Below, piece by piece: positions 36,897 to 45,978 of a DNA stretch of 64,000 bases; positions within the stretch are counted from its first letter, which is position 1, and each line of letters begins with the position of its first letter. The notes beneath the pieces were generated by a model, which was given only the letters and a program-made list of their open reading frames with translations, searched no databases and was not told where the DNA came from. The translations under genes were made by a program, and so were the position numbers. Where the stretch lies: assembly GCA_050633305.1 (NCBI GenBank), contig JBOEGF010000006.1, forward strand, positions 96,001-160,000. The letters are read 5' to 3'. The DNA is from Nannocystales bacterium (GTDB lineage: Bacteria > Myxococcota_A > Polyangia > Nannocystales > Nannocystaceae).

Positions 36897-37604
36897 ATGA
36901 ACTGGAAAACGCTTCTGGCCACTTGCCTGATCGCTACGCTCCCGCTCGGCTGTGACTCGGATGGCGACGACGACCACGACGCAGACACGGAGCACCACCA
37001 CGACACCGAGGGTGACAGTGACGAAAGCGAAGGCCACGACACCGAGCACGATCACGGTGAGACGGAGCTGATCACCACGGTCACGCTCACCTTCACGTCG
37101 GACACCGCAGACACGGTCACCGCAGCCTTCAGCGATCCCGACGGCGACGGCGGGATGTCTGGCTCGTCCGACCCCGTTGTGCTCGCCCCGGACACGACCT
37201 ACGCCCTGTCGGTCGAGTTCACGAACGAGCTCGAGCAACCCGCCGAGGACATCACCGAAGAGGTCCGGGAGGAGGCCGAGGAGCACCAGGTCTTCATCTA
37301 CGGCAGCTCGGTCACCGGACCCGCGTCGATGGGAGACGGCCTCCTGACGCATGCCTACACGGACTTGGAGTCCGACTACACCGAGAACACGGTCGGCGAC
37401 GACCTTCCGGTTGGACTGGTCAGCTCGATCACGACCGGCGCCGCCAGCACAGAGACCGGTGAACTCGAGGTCATGCTCCGACACCTTCCCGACGTCAACG
37501 GAAACCCGGTCAAGACCAGTGACCTCAGTGCAGTCCTCGCGGCTGGCGACGCTCTTCCCGGCGATGTCGACGCGAATGTGCACTTCGACGTCACTGTGCA
37601 ATGA
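36897..37604 (+). CDS. His/Asp-rich putative metal-binding lipoprotein
   Basis: ATG 36897; LPLGC lipobox; 7 His in the acidic N-terminal stretch; ELITTVTLTF, DPDGDGG, DITEEV.EEAEEHQ, LRH.P motifs. Confidence 0.85.
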   Translation: MNWKTLLATCLIATLPLGCDSDGDDDHDADTEHHHDTEGDSDESEGHDTEHDHGETELITTVTLTFTSDTADTVTAAFSDPDGDGGMSGSSDPVVLAPDTTYALSVEFTNELEQPAEDITEEVREEAEEHQVFIYGSSVTGPASMGDGLLTHAYTDLESDYTENTVGDDLPVGLVSSITTGAASTETGELEVMLRHLPDVNGNPVKTSDLSAVLAAGDALPGDVDANVHFDVTVQ

Positions 37605-37686
37605 TCCATCACGGCCGCTGCGCCGTAGAAACGGCGCGTTGACCGGCGAGGTAGACCGACCCCGAACTGAACCCACCGAGGCCTAC

Positions 37687-39282
37687 GTGCCGCAGGTGGG
37701 TTCGTCCGTGGTTGCGCCGACGCAGGTTTTCCAAGCGACGAGTTCCCCCTCCGGGGCTCCGCCGGCCCTTCCCTCCACACCGCACACGCAGGTCGGGGGG
37801 CCCCAAGCGGCGGCCCTCGTCCCGGATTCGGCCCCGCTTCTCGACGACCGCGAGCACTACCTCGCCCGTGTCGATCACCGAGCGACGGTCGGGCGTATGC
37901 GAACGCTGGTCCCCGCCGCGGCGCTGGGATGGATCGCGTTCTTCTCGCTCGACCTCGTGGTCGCGCTGTGGGTCTTCCCCACGGACATCCTGCCGTTCGT
38001 CCTTCTTCGACTGGCAGGACTCGTCGTCCTGTTGCTCGCGGGCTTCATCCTCCGGCGAACCGCGGCGCCCTCCGGGGCGCTGGTGACCGCGCTGGACACG
38101 TCGATGATGGTGGCGACCGCGGGGTGCTTGAGTCTGATGGGGCTGTTCGCCGGCGGTGTCGCCAGCCCCTACCACGCGTTCGTGGTGTTGGTGTTGCTCG
38201 GTCGCGCGGCCGTGCTCCCGCATCGATGGCAGGAGGGGATGTGGCGACTCGCAATTCCAGCGCTCGTCGACCCCGTGGTTCTGGGCATTGCGAGTCTCGC
38301 GGTGCCTTCGATCGGGGCGCAATGGCTCGACCCCGCCGCCCGCGGGACCTACGTCTTCTACGCGGCGCTCCTCGTCGGCGCGTGGACGCTGGTCGTCGTC
38401 GGAAGTCACCACGCGTGGGCGTTGCGTCGCCAGGTGTTTGCGTCGCGAAACCTCGGACGGTTCAAACTTCGCCACCGCATTGGCCAAGGCGGGATGGGCG
38501 AGGTTTGGGTGGCACGAGACGAGCAACTGCGGCGAGACGTTGCGCTCAAGGTGCTCCGGCCGAGCGAACACGAAGATGAAGAGGCGGTGGCCCGCTTCGA
38601 GCGCGAGATTCGAGCCACCGCGGCATTGCGTCATCCCAACACGATCCGGATCTTCAGCCACGGCGTGAGTGAAGACGGGCTCCGGTACTACGCGATGGAG
38701 CTGCTGGAGGGCGAGACGCTCCAAGGCCTTGTGCAGCGTGTCGGGCCGCTTCCCCCCGAGCGAGCCGTCTTCTTGCTTCACCAGGCGTCGCGCGCTCTGT
38801 CCGAGGCGCACGCCCGCGGCATCGTCCACCGAGACGTCAAGCCCGAGAACCTTTTCGTCACCGCATTGGGTGGCGAACCCGATGTCGTCAAGGTTCTCGA
38901 CTTCGGCATCGTGCGGATGTCCGAAGACGACGTCGGCCTGACCTCGACCGGCTTCGTCGCGGGCACGCCCGCGTACATGGCCCCCGAGGTCGCGACCGGC
39001 GAGCCCGCAACCCCGGCCGCCGACGTCTACGCGCTGGGTGCGACGCTGTACTTCGCGCTGACCGGTGGCCCCCCGTTCGATGGCGCCGACGCGGCCAGTG
39101 TGCTGCACCAACACGTGAACACGCCGACCCCGCGCTTGGCGTCACGCATGCACACCCCGATCGCCCCGGCCCTCGAGCGGGTGTGCATGTGCGCGCTCAC
39201 CAAAGACCCGCAGAAGCGGTTCGAGGGGGCGGCAGACTTTGCCGCGGCGCTCGAACGAGCCGTCCGCCCAGGGCCCGCGTGA
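37687..39282 (+). CDS. Membrane-anchored Hanks-type Ser/Thr protein kinase (start uncertain)
   Basis: ~6 N-terminal TM segments, then [39 protein letters not shown]. Confidence 0.92.
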   Translation: MPQVGSSVVAPTQVFQATSSPSGAPPALPSTPHTQVGGPQAAALVPDSAPLLDDREHYLARVDHRATVGRMRTLVPAAALGWIAFFSLDLVVALWVFPTDILPFVLLRLAGLVVLLLAGFILRRTAAPSGALVTALDTSMMVATAGCLSLMGLFAGGVASPYHAFVVLVLLGRAAVLPHRWQEGMWRLAIPALVDPVVLGIASLAVPSIGAQWLDPAARGTYVFYAALLVGAWTLVVVGSHHAWALRRQVFASRNLGRFKLRHRIGQGGMGEVWVARDEQLRRDVALKVLRPSEHEDEEAVARFEREIRATAALRHPNTIRIFSHGVSEDGLRYYAMELLEGETLQGLVQRVGPLPPERAVFLLHQASRALSEAHARGIVHRDVKPENLFVTALGGEPDVVKVLDFGIVRMSEDDVGLTSTGFVAGTPAYMAPEVATGEPATPAADVYALGATLYFALTGGPPFDGADAASVLHQHVNTPTPRLASRMHTPIAPALERVCMCALTKDPQKRFEGAADFAAALERAVRPGPA

Positions 39283-39327
39283 GCCCGCGTCGTGGCTGGC
39301 GCAGGATGAGGGTGTAGTCTCCGCGGC

Positions 39328-40440
39328 GTGAGAGCCTCCCTCGCGCTCCTGCTGCCCTGCGTCCTCTTGTTGCCTGGTTGTAGCGACAGCCGGCGAAACG
39401 TGAAGCGGGCGCCCGGACATCCAGACGTGTTCGCCACGAAGTTGTTCGAGGAAACCCAGATGCTCGCCGCCGAGCAGCTCGACCCCGCCTCGGCGTGCGA
39501 GCGCTGGCAAGGCGCCGCGTGGTGCCAGGCCCTCATCAGCGGCTGGAGCTTCGTCCCCGAGACGCTGGAGGTCTGCGGCGCGGAGGCAGACGAAGCGGCG
39601 GTGACCGATTGCCTCTCCCGCACCGCGAACCGCGAGTTCTCCCCACTGGGGCTGGAAACCTGCGCGGGCCTGCAGACGCCCAAGCACCGCTACACCTGCC
39701 TCAACGCGGTCGCGGATCGCCACTTGGAGACACCGCAGTACCTGTACTGCGCACAAAAGCCATCGAAGAAGGTGGCGGGCTGTCTCGCCGACGCTCACGA
39801 ATACAAATTCCACCCCGACGAACTCCAGCGCATCGTCCAGCGCACGACCGAGGACACGCCAACAACCGACCCTCGCACGCTCATCGGCAACCTCGAGAAC
39901 AACGTGGCCGACGCCTACGCGCTCGACCGGAGCGAGTGGCCCGAGCATTACATCTTCAACTTCGCTGGCGGAGCCACCACCCACATCCGGGCGATGTACT
40001 GCGCGCTGGATGAGTATCTGCTGATCGTCGGCGCGCCGATCAACGTCAATGGGTACTCCGGCCGCTATCCCGCCGAAGTCCACGATTTCGTGTTCACCGG
40101 CCTCATGCATGACTTCGAAGAACACGACTTCGAACAACACGACTTCACCGCCGGTGCGTGGGCCTATCTCCCCCACGGCGGACACCGGGTCTACGCCACA
40201 GAAACCCCGACCTACATGCTGGAGTACGCGCGCGGCTCGGTCCCCGGCATGCTCAACTTCGGGATCCGGCATCCGCGCTACTCGATCACCCGCGACCGCA
40301 AGAACATGAAGCAGCAGGTCCGGATGTGCGCAAGCCGTGCCTTGGCTGCGAACAGGGCCAACCGGAAGCAACGCCGCTCGCTGCGACAAACGAAGCGGAA
40401 GACGATCCGAGAGATCCGCCGGGCCCTTCGCGGTCTGTAG
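39328..40440 (+). CDS. Lipoprotein with Cys-pair repeats and ERG2/sigma-1 receptor-like domain
   Basis: LLLPGC lipobox; YIFNFAGG…EYLLIVGAPI…GYSGRYPAEVHDFVFTG…YMLEYARGSVP.ML.FG matches ERG2/SIGMAR1 motifs in order and spacing. Confidence 0.82.
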   Translation: MRASLALLLPCVLLLPGCSDSRRNVKRAPGHPDVFATKLFEETQMLAAEQLDPASACERWQGAAWCQALISGWSFVPETLEVCGAEADEAAVTDCLSRTANREFSPLGLETCAGLQTPKHRYTCLNAVADRHLETPQYLYCAQKPSKKVAGCLADAHEYKFHPDELQRIVQRTTEDTPTTDPRTLIGNLENNVADAYALDRSEWPEHYIFNFAGGATTHIRAMYCALDEYLLIVGAPINVNGYSGRYPAEVHDFVFTGLMHDFEEHDFEQHDFTAGAWAYLPHGGHRVYATETPTYMLEYARGSVPGMLNFGIRHPRYSITRDRKNMKQQVRMCASRALAANRANRKQRRSLRQTKRKTIREIRRALRGL

Positions 40441-40585
40441 TGTCGCGGTCGTCTCGACTCAGAAGATCCCCTGAGGGAACCGGACCCCCCCACAGGCTCT
40501 GACCCCGGCTGAGCGGTCTCCCGGCGGGGGGAGAGCGGCGCCCCTCGCGAACGGGCGGCCCTGCGGGCATAGTGGAGCCCGTCCC

Positions 40586-41395
40586 ATGGATCTGCTGTCC
40601 GTCGAGAACTTCGCCAACCTGGGCGTGCTGCTGTTTCTGCAAGCCGTACTCGGGTTCGACAACCTCCTGTACATCGCGATCGAGTCTAAACGAGCTCCTG
40701 AGGAACATCAGCAGGCCGTCCGACGCAACGCGATCCTGATCGCGATCGCCCTGCGGGTCGTGCTGCTGTTCGTGATGGTGAGCCTCATCGACCGCTTCGA
40801 AGAGCCGTTCTTCGTCGTGGACAGCGGGCCCATCCATGGGGAATTCAACTTCCTGGTCATCGTGTTCCTGCTTGGCGGGGGATTCCTGATGTACACAGCC
40901 GTCAAGGAGATCGGGCACATGATGTCCATTGAGGACATCAGCGCAGATGTCACCGACGACGGCAAGAAGAAGACGGTGGGTCAGGTCATCTCGATGATCG
41001 TCTTGATGAACCTCATCTTCTCGTTCGATTCGATTCTCTCGGCTCTGGCCATCACCGATGTGTTCCCGGTGCTCGCGTTGGCGATTGTGGGCTCTGGACT
41101 GGCCATGCTGTTCCTCGCAGACCACGTCTCGGAGTTCCTGCGGAAGAACCGCAAGTACGAGGTCCTCGGGTTGTTCATCCTGCTGATCGTCGCCATCGTG
41201 CTTCTCGGCGAAGGAGGCCACACCGCCACGCTGACGCTGTGGGGGCACCACGTCGAGCCGCTCGCCAAGAGTACGTTCTACTTCTCGATCGTCGTCTTGG
41301 TGGTCGTCGACATCATTCAGGGCCGATACCAGAAGAAACTCGCCGCCGAGCGTGCGCAGCAATCCGGGGCCGACAACACAAGCCCCGCGGCATGA
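40586..41395 (+). CDS. TerC-family membrane protein
   Basis: VLGFDNLLYIAI, GGGFLMY.AVKEI, NLIFSFDSILSA; 7 TM. Confidence 0.92.
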   Translation: MDLLSVENFANLGVLLFLQAVLGFDNLLYIAIESKRAPEEHQQAVRRNAILIAIALRVVLLFVMVSLIDRFEEPFFVVDSGPIHGEFNFLVIVFLLGGGFLMYTAVKEIGHMMSIEDISADVTDDGKKKTVGQVISMIVLMNLIFSFDSILSALAITDVFPVLALAIVGSGLAMLFLADHVSEFLRKNRKYEVLGLFILLIVAIVLLGEGGHTATLTLWGHHVEPLAKSTFYFSIVVLVVVDIIQGRYQKKLAAERAQQSGADNTSPAA

Positions 41396-42321
41396 CCCCC
41401 CTTCCCCGCCGCGCGCTCCTGGCCGGTGCGGCGTCGAGTCTGCTCGCGTCCGGGGCGCGGGCAAACGCGCCACAAGCCGAGGAGCAGATCCTCGAACGGG
41501 CGACGTCCGACTCCAACGAGATCGTCGTCACCCAGGCCGGGTCCGTCCGCACGATGTACTTCGTGCAGGGCGAGCGGTGGCTGATCGAATCCCGGCTCGA
41601 CCTGCGCGACCCCGACGCGTTGAGTCTCAGCGTCTTCCGCTCGATGCGAGCCGCGTTGCTGTTGCAGCCGATGCCCAAGCGCGTGTTGATGGTGGGCGTG
41701 GGCGGTGGACAGCTGAGCAACTTCTTGTTTTCGCGGCTGCCCGGGGTCGAAATCGACGCTGTCGACATCGACCCCGAGGTTGTTCGCCTCGCTCGGGCGC
41801 ATTTCCAGATCCCAGAGGACCCCAGGTACCGCACCCACGTGGGTGACGGGCGGCTGTTCGTCGAGCAACACGCGGAGCGCGACACCGACTTGCTGATCCT
41901 CGACGCCTTTCGAGGCACCTCCGTGCCGTACCACCTGCGGACCCGTCAGTTCTACGCGGCGTGCCGGACTCGTCTTCGGCCCGGCGGCGCGGTGGTGGCC
42001 AACCTGCATACCCACGCATCCCGCTACCTCGACGACCGAGCCACCTTCGGCGCGGTCTTCGAGCACGAGTACGGCTTCATCGATGAACGAGAGGCCGAGA
42101 CGACCCTGGTGTGTACCCGGGAGCCCGTAGGGATGTACCAACTCCGCAAGAACGCAGTCGCCGCAGACCAGACCTTTGGGCCGGGCATGCAGCGACTGGG
42201 CTCACATCTCCAGATGCACACCGTCCGCGGAGGACAGGTCTTGCAGGATGACTTCGGGGACTCGGCCACAGGGGCGAAGCGACACAACGAGAGTTGTCGC
42301 CCCCGCTGTAAGGGGGACTGA
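41392..42321 (+). CDS. Spermidine-synthase-like SAM-dependent methyltransferase with Tat-like signal
   Basis: ATG 41392 overlaps the TerC stop; PRRALL..AASSLLASGARA; VLMVGVGGG, VDIDPEV, GDGR, LILDAF, VPYHL.T..FY, L.PGG.VVAN. Confidence 0.85.
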   Translation: MTPLPRRALLAGAASSLLASGARANAPQAEEQILERATSDSNEIVVTQAGSVRTMYFVQGERWLIESRLDLRDPDALSLSVFRSMRAALLLQPMPKRVLMVGVGGGQLSNFLFSRLPGVEIDAVDIDPEVVRLARAHFQIPEDPRYRTHVGDGRLFVEQHAERDTDLLILDAFRGTSVPYHLRTRQFYAACRTRLRPGGAVVANLHTHASRYLDDRATFGAVFEHEYGFIDEREAETTLVCTREPVGMYQLRKNAVAADQTFGPGMQRLGSHLQMHTVRGGQVLQDDFGDSATGAKRHNESCRPRCKGD

Positions 42322-42367
42322 CCGATGAGAATCCCTCTCGCCGGTCCGTCCCCCCGCGCGAGTCAGA

Positions 42368-43084
42368 CTACAAGCAGCAGACCCCGCCGTTCTTCGGGAA
42401 CGGCATGCCGGGCTCGAAGTCGAGAATCCCCAGCGGTGACTCGCCGCTCTCGCAAACGTAGTCGGGGTCGAACACCGAGCCGTCGCCGGGATCCCCGACG
42501 ACCTCACCACCAGCATCGAGGCAGTCTCCCACGGTGAGCGGTGCGGCCCCTCCGCTGCTTTCGCCTGCGGAGGCAGACTCGGGCCAGCTGTCCGTGGTTG
42601 ACGCCCCGCCGTCCGTGTCGGGCCAGTCGCCGGTTGTGGCTTCAGGACCGCCGCCGACGCCCCCTTCTCCTTCGACAAAGCCACAGCCCGCTTCGGCGCA
42701 CAGACAGTCACACATCCCGCCCGTGTCGAACAGCTCCACGGTCTCGAGGGGAATGTCCGGGTAGGACAGCTCGCAGGTCTGGCAGAGGCACTCCCACGAG
42801 TAGCTGAAGTCAGGGTCCCCGACCGGACCGGCGTCGAACTCCTCGCACGCTTGCACACCCGTGCTCTGCGAGGCGGTCGTCACGGTGCCGCCGGGCGAGG
42901 TCGGGTCACCGCCGCTTGTCGTGGAATCGGAGACCGCGCCCGTCGAAGAAGACCCCTGAGTGCCCGGCGAGGACGAGTTGGAGTCCTCTCCACTCGTGGT
43001 CGAGCTCTCGTCGCCGACGGATTTGGGAACGTCACACGCCGCGAGGGAGGCACAAACAAAGAGGATGCTCAGCGTAGTTCGCAT
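42368..43084 (-). CDS. Ser/Thr/Gly-rich, Cys-containing lipoprotein
   Basis: MRTTLSILFVCASLAAC lipobox; low-complexity linkers between two small Cys clusters; ends GGVCCL. Confidence 0.8.
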   Translation of the reverse strand: MRTTLSILFVCASLAACDVPKSVGDESSTTSGEDSNSSSPGTQGSSSTGAVSDSTTSGGDPTSPGGTVTTASQSTGVQACEEFDAGPVGDPDFSYSWECLCQTCELSYPDIPLETVELFDTGGMCDCLCAEAGCGFVEGEGGVGGGPEATTGDWPDTDGGASTTDSWPESASAGESSGGAAPLTVGDCLDAGGEVVGDPGDGSVFDPDYVCESGESPLGILDFEPGMPFPKNGGVCCL

Positions 43085-43094
43085 AGTGTTCACG

Positions 43095-44339
43095 TCATCT
43101 CCGTCGTGGTGTTGATCCGTCACCCGCTTGCGCACAAACATCTGCGACCGCCGTCGCGACCGCGGATCCAGGCCGCTGGTTCGAAAGCCGCCGACGCACC
43201 CGCGCCGCCTCGTCGGTGCGGCCCAGAGCACACAGTGCCCGAACGAGTGCTCCTTCTCGGACGTCGACGAGCCGCCCGTCCGCGAACTGAAGTTCGTGCT
43301 GTCGAAGCAGACGCACCGCCTGCTGCGGCTCGTCGCTCCGTAGGGCTCGCTGCGCGCGCGCGAGCAGCCGGGACTCGTCATCGAGGACGGGGCCGGGCTC
43401 AGACTCGGACCCCTCCAGGGGTTCGGGCTCGGGGGCGTCGGCAACGGGAGGCTCGGCAACGGGAGGCTCAGCAACGGGCCCGACCGAGCGCGCCGGCTTG
43501 CGATGCGGCGACTCTGGGAGCGCCGCGACCGGATCGGCAGCGGCGGTCTCCACATGGACCCGGCTGGGGACGGAAGAGACAGCCTCCTGCGGTTCACTCG
43601 AGACGAGGAGCGCAGCCCGTGCCGGGGTTGCCGGGGGTGCAAGCGCCGACCCCCCCGCGGTCGCGAGCACACCGCCAAGCGCACCGCCCAACGCGAACGC
43701 TTTAATCGTGGACACCGCAACCCACGGAGCCTGCGTCCATGGGAGCACCGCTCGAAGGACGCGTTGGCGAACCTCGGCGGACGGAGACTCTCGGGGCTCG
43801 AGCGCATCCTCGAGCTCCCGACGCTTCACGTCGAACGCCGCGATGCGCTGGCGGGCAAGCCTCAGCCGCGAGTAGACGGTGTTGAGCGGCACGCCGAGCG
43901 CGGCGGAAACCTCCGGCGCCGTGAAACCGTGCACGAGCGTGAGCACCAGGACACGGCGCTGCGCATCGGTCAGACTGCGGAGCGCCTCGGCGGCGGTGGT
44001 GACCGCCTCGTAGCGCGTGGAGGCGTCCGCAGGGGCGAGCCGCGGAGCCTCGGCGAAAGCCGCAACGCGCGCGTCGAAGCGCCGCGTGTTTCGACGGAGA
44101 CGCCAGACGACTTTCTTCGCGATCGCGCACAGCCACGCCCGCTCGGATGCGTCGGGGTCCAGGGTGTGCAAACGCCGAACCACGACGATCCAGATCTCCT
44201 GGGCGGCATCTTCCCGAGCAGCGCCATACAGTCCCAGCTGCCCGATAACGGACCATACAAGCCGGAAATGGCTCGAGTACAAGCGGCGGAACTGGGCGGA
44301 TTGGACGCGGGACAACGGAGTCTCCCCTCGGTCAATCAC
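43095..44339 (-). CDS. ECF sigma factor fused to TM + Pro-rich linker + TPR-like C-terminal domain
   Basis: EDAAQEIW, AWLCAIA, EVSAALGVPLNTVYSRLRLAR; hydrophobic AFALGGALGGVLATAGG; ESRLLARAQRAL…H..QF.DG.L…ALCALGR. Confidence 0.85.
   Translation of the reverse strand: MIDRGETPLSRVQSAQFRRLYSSHFRLVWSVIGQLGLYGAAREDAAQEIWIVVVRRLHTLDPDASERAWLCAIAKKVVWRLRRNTRRFDARVAAFAEAPRLAPADASTRYEAVTTAAEALRSLTDAQRRVLVLTLVHGFTAPEVSAALGVPLNTVYSRLRLARQRIAAFDVKRRELEDALEPRESPSAEVRQRVLRAVLPWTQAPWVAVSTIKAFALGGALGGVLATAGGSALAPPATPARAALLVSSEPQEAVSSVPSRVHVETAAADPVAALPESPHRKPARSVGPVAEPPVAEPPVADAPEPEPLEGSESEPGPVLDDESRLLARAQRALRSDEPQQAVRLLRQHELQFADGRLVDVREGALVRALCALGRTDEAARVRRRLSNQRPGSAVATAVADVCAQAGDGSTPRRR
43438..43478. repeat. 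15-bp tandem repeat x2.7 (PVAEP linker)
   Basis: tcggcaacgggaggc x2 + tcagcaacggg. Confidence 0.85.
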
Positions 44340-44357
44340 CTCGCCCGGCGCAATCCG

Positions 44358-45365
44358 TCAACTTCGGGGGCGAAAAATCGAGAACTCGACGCCCAGCACC
44401 CCCCGAGCGCCGATTCGAGGCGTTTCGAACAGCATCGCGTCGGGATCGTCGGGGCGCCCCGTCACCACCTGGGCATCGACGAAAGACACGCTGCCCTCAA
44501 CATCCGCCGCCAAGGCCCATCGGGGCGCGAACCGCCATCGAACCCCGCCACGAACCAGTCCCGCGGACCATGGGAAGTGCTGCGTCCGGGCGTTGGACAC
44601 GCGATCTCCCGAGGCCCGAAGCGCGCCGACCTCCACGCCCGAGCACAGCAGTCCTCGGACCACTCCGGGCCGAGACGTCAGGCACGCCCGCGCTGCGACC
44701 ACGCCGGCCTGGGCGACCGCCGCAGCCCCGTCTCCCCGCGAGCTCGACTGGGGGAGCACGTACCGGCCCGTGATCTCAAACCGGCTGTGGTCCAGCGACA
44801 GCCCCACCGCCAACGTAGGACCGGAGGAGACGGTCGGGGTCATCCCGGTGACCACCCCCCATCCCGCGCCCACGAACGGGACGAAGCGGGGCTCAGCGGG
44901 CGCTGCCCCGACCTCGGTCTCGGCGGCGGTGGCCCCGGGGTCACGATCCGGCTCGGCGGCTTCAGCCGAAGCAGGCTTGATGGCCTCGTCCGCGAGCGGG
45001 ACTCGCGCGACACTCGCACTCGAGACGGGATCGATGCTGACGGCGACGATCAACGCCGCCGCGCGAGCGAGCGCGGCGCAGGACTCCGCTTCCATCTCCT
45101 GGCGGTGAACCTTGTCGCCCAGCACCATGGTGAGCGACAGCCCCCACCGTGCCTCGCGGGGCTGCAGGAAGGCCTCCACCTGCAGCTCATCCCGGTCAGG
45201 CCACCGGCCGGCGAGTTCGACCACGGCCTCCCGAACCTCGGCTGCGGCTGGGCAACTGGGGTCGTCAGCAACCCAACGGAGCGGCGCCTCCTCGACCTCG
45301 ACCTCGACCTCTGCCGGGTGGCCGGGCGCGAGCAAGCGCGCGAGCAGGACGATGCTCGGCGTCAC
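44358..45365 (-). CDS. Hypothetical exported protein with C-terminal beta-barrel-like region (start uncertain)
   Basis: N-terminal W...PSCP…AESCAALARAAALIVAV.IDP domain, Pro/Ala linker, then alternating beta strands ending GVLGVEFSIF; directly upstream of the ECF gene. Confidence 0.7.
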   Translation of the reverse strand: MTPSIVLLARLLAPGHPAEVEVEVEEAPLRWVADDPSCPAAAEVREAVVELAGRWPDRDELQVEAFLQPREARWGLSLTMVLGDKVHRQEMEAESCAALARAAALIVAVSIDPVSSASVARVPLADEAIKPASAEAAEPDRDPGATAAETEVGAAPAEPRFVPFVGAGWGVVTGMTPTVSSGPTLAVGLSLDHSRFEITGRYVLPQSSSRGDGAAAVAQAGVVAARACLTSRPGVVRGLLCSGVEVGALRASGDRVSNARTQHFPWSAGLVRGGVRWRFAPRWALAADVEGSVSFVDAQVVTGRPDDPDAMLFETPRIGARGVLGVEFSIFRPRS

Positions 45366-45420
45366 CTCGTGGTGATGACACGGCGAACACGGCCGGTCCA
45401 GGACGGAGGGAGAAATGCGT

Positions 45421-45978
45421 TTAGAGCCAGCGGAGCAAACCGTAGGCGAACAGCACCGGAACCTCGCGCAACGCCCCCTTGAGACGGAGCCGCAGCAGCG
45501 GATGCACCGAACCGGCAGTGGCGACCCGTTCGAAATAGCGGGCAAAGACCCGGCGCGCGCGGGCGCAGTGGTAGGCGTCGGTCACCAGCAAGACACGACG
45601 GGCCGGGACCTGCATCGCGCAGTAGCGGGCGTTCTCCTGGGTGCTCGTCGAGCGCGACTCCATATGGATCGCGTTGCGGGGAACGCCCAGCTCCAGCGCG
45701 AGCCGGGCCGCGACCTCAGCCTCCGCAAACCCCGAGTCCCCGGTACCGCCGGTCGTGATCAGCAACGGGGCCCGTCGACTCTCGAACAACGACACGGCGA
45801 GCTTGACCCGCTCGCGCAGCGCCGTGCTCGGCGCACCGCTGGGGAACACACGGCACCCCAAGACGACGATCGCTTCAAACGCATCCTCGGCGGGTGGGGT
45901 CCGGCGGCCGAACACGTCGAGTCCGACGGCCAGCGCCAGCCACCCTCCCAAGAGACCCAGAATCCAAACCATGCTCAT
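45421..45978 (-). CDS. YdcF/DUF218 (ElyC/SanA-like) protein
   Basis: AIVVLG, ITTGG, EAEVA, ESRSTSTQENA, LVTDAYH..RA. Confidence 0.9.
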   Translation of the reverse strand: MSMVWILGLLGGWLALAVGLDVFGRRTPPAEDAFEAIVVLGCRVFPSGAPSTALRERVKLAVSLFESRRAPLLITTGGTGDSGFAEAEVAARLALELGVPRNAIHMESRSTSTQENARYCAMQVPARRVLLVTDAYHCARARRVFARYFERVATAGSVHPLLRLRLKGALREVPVLFAYGLLRWL

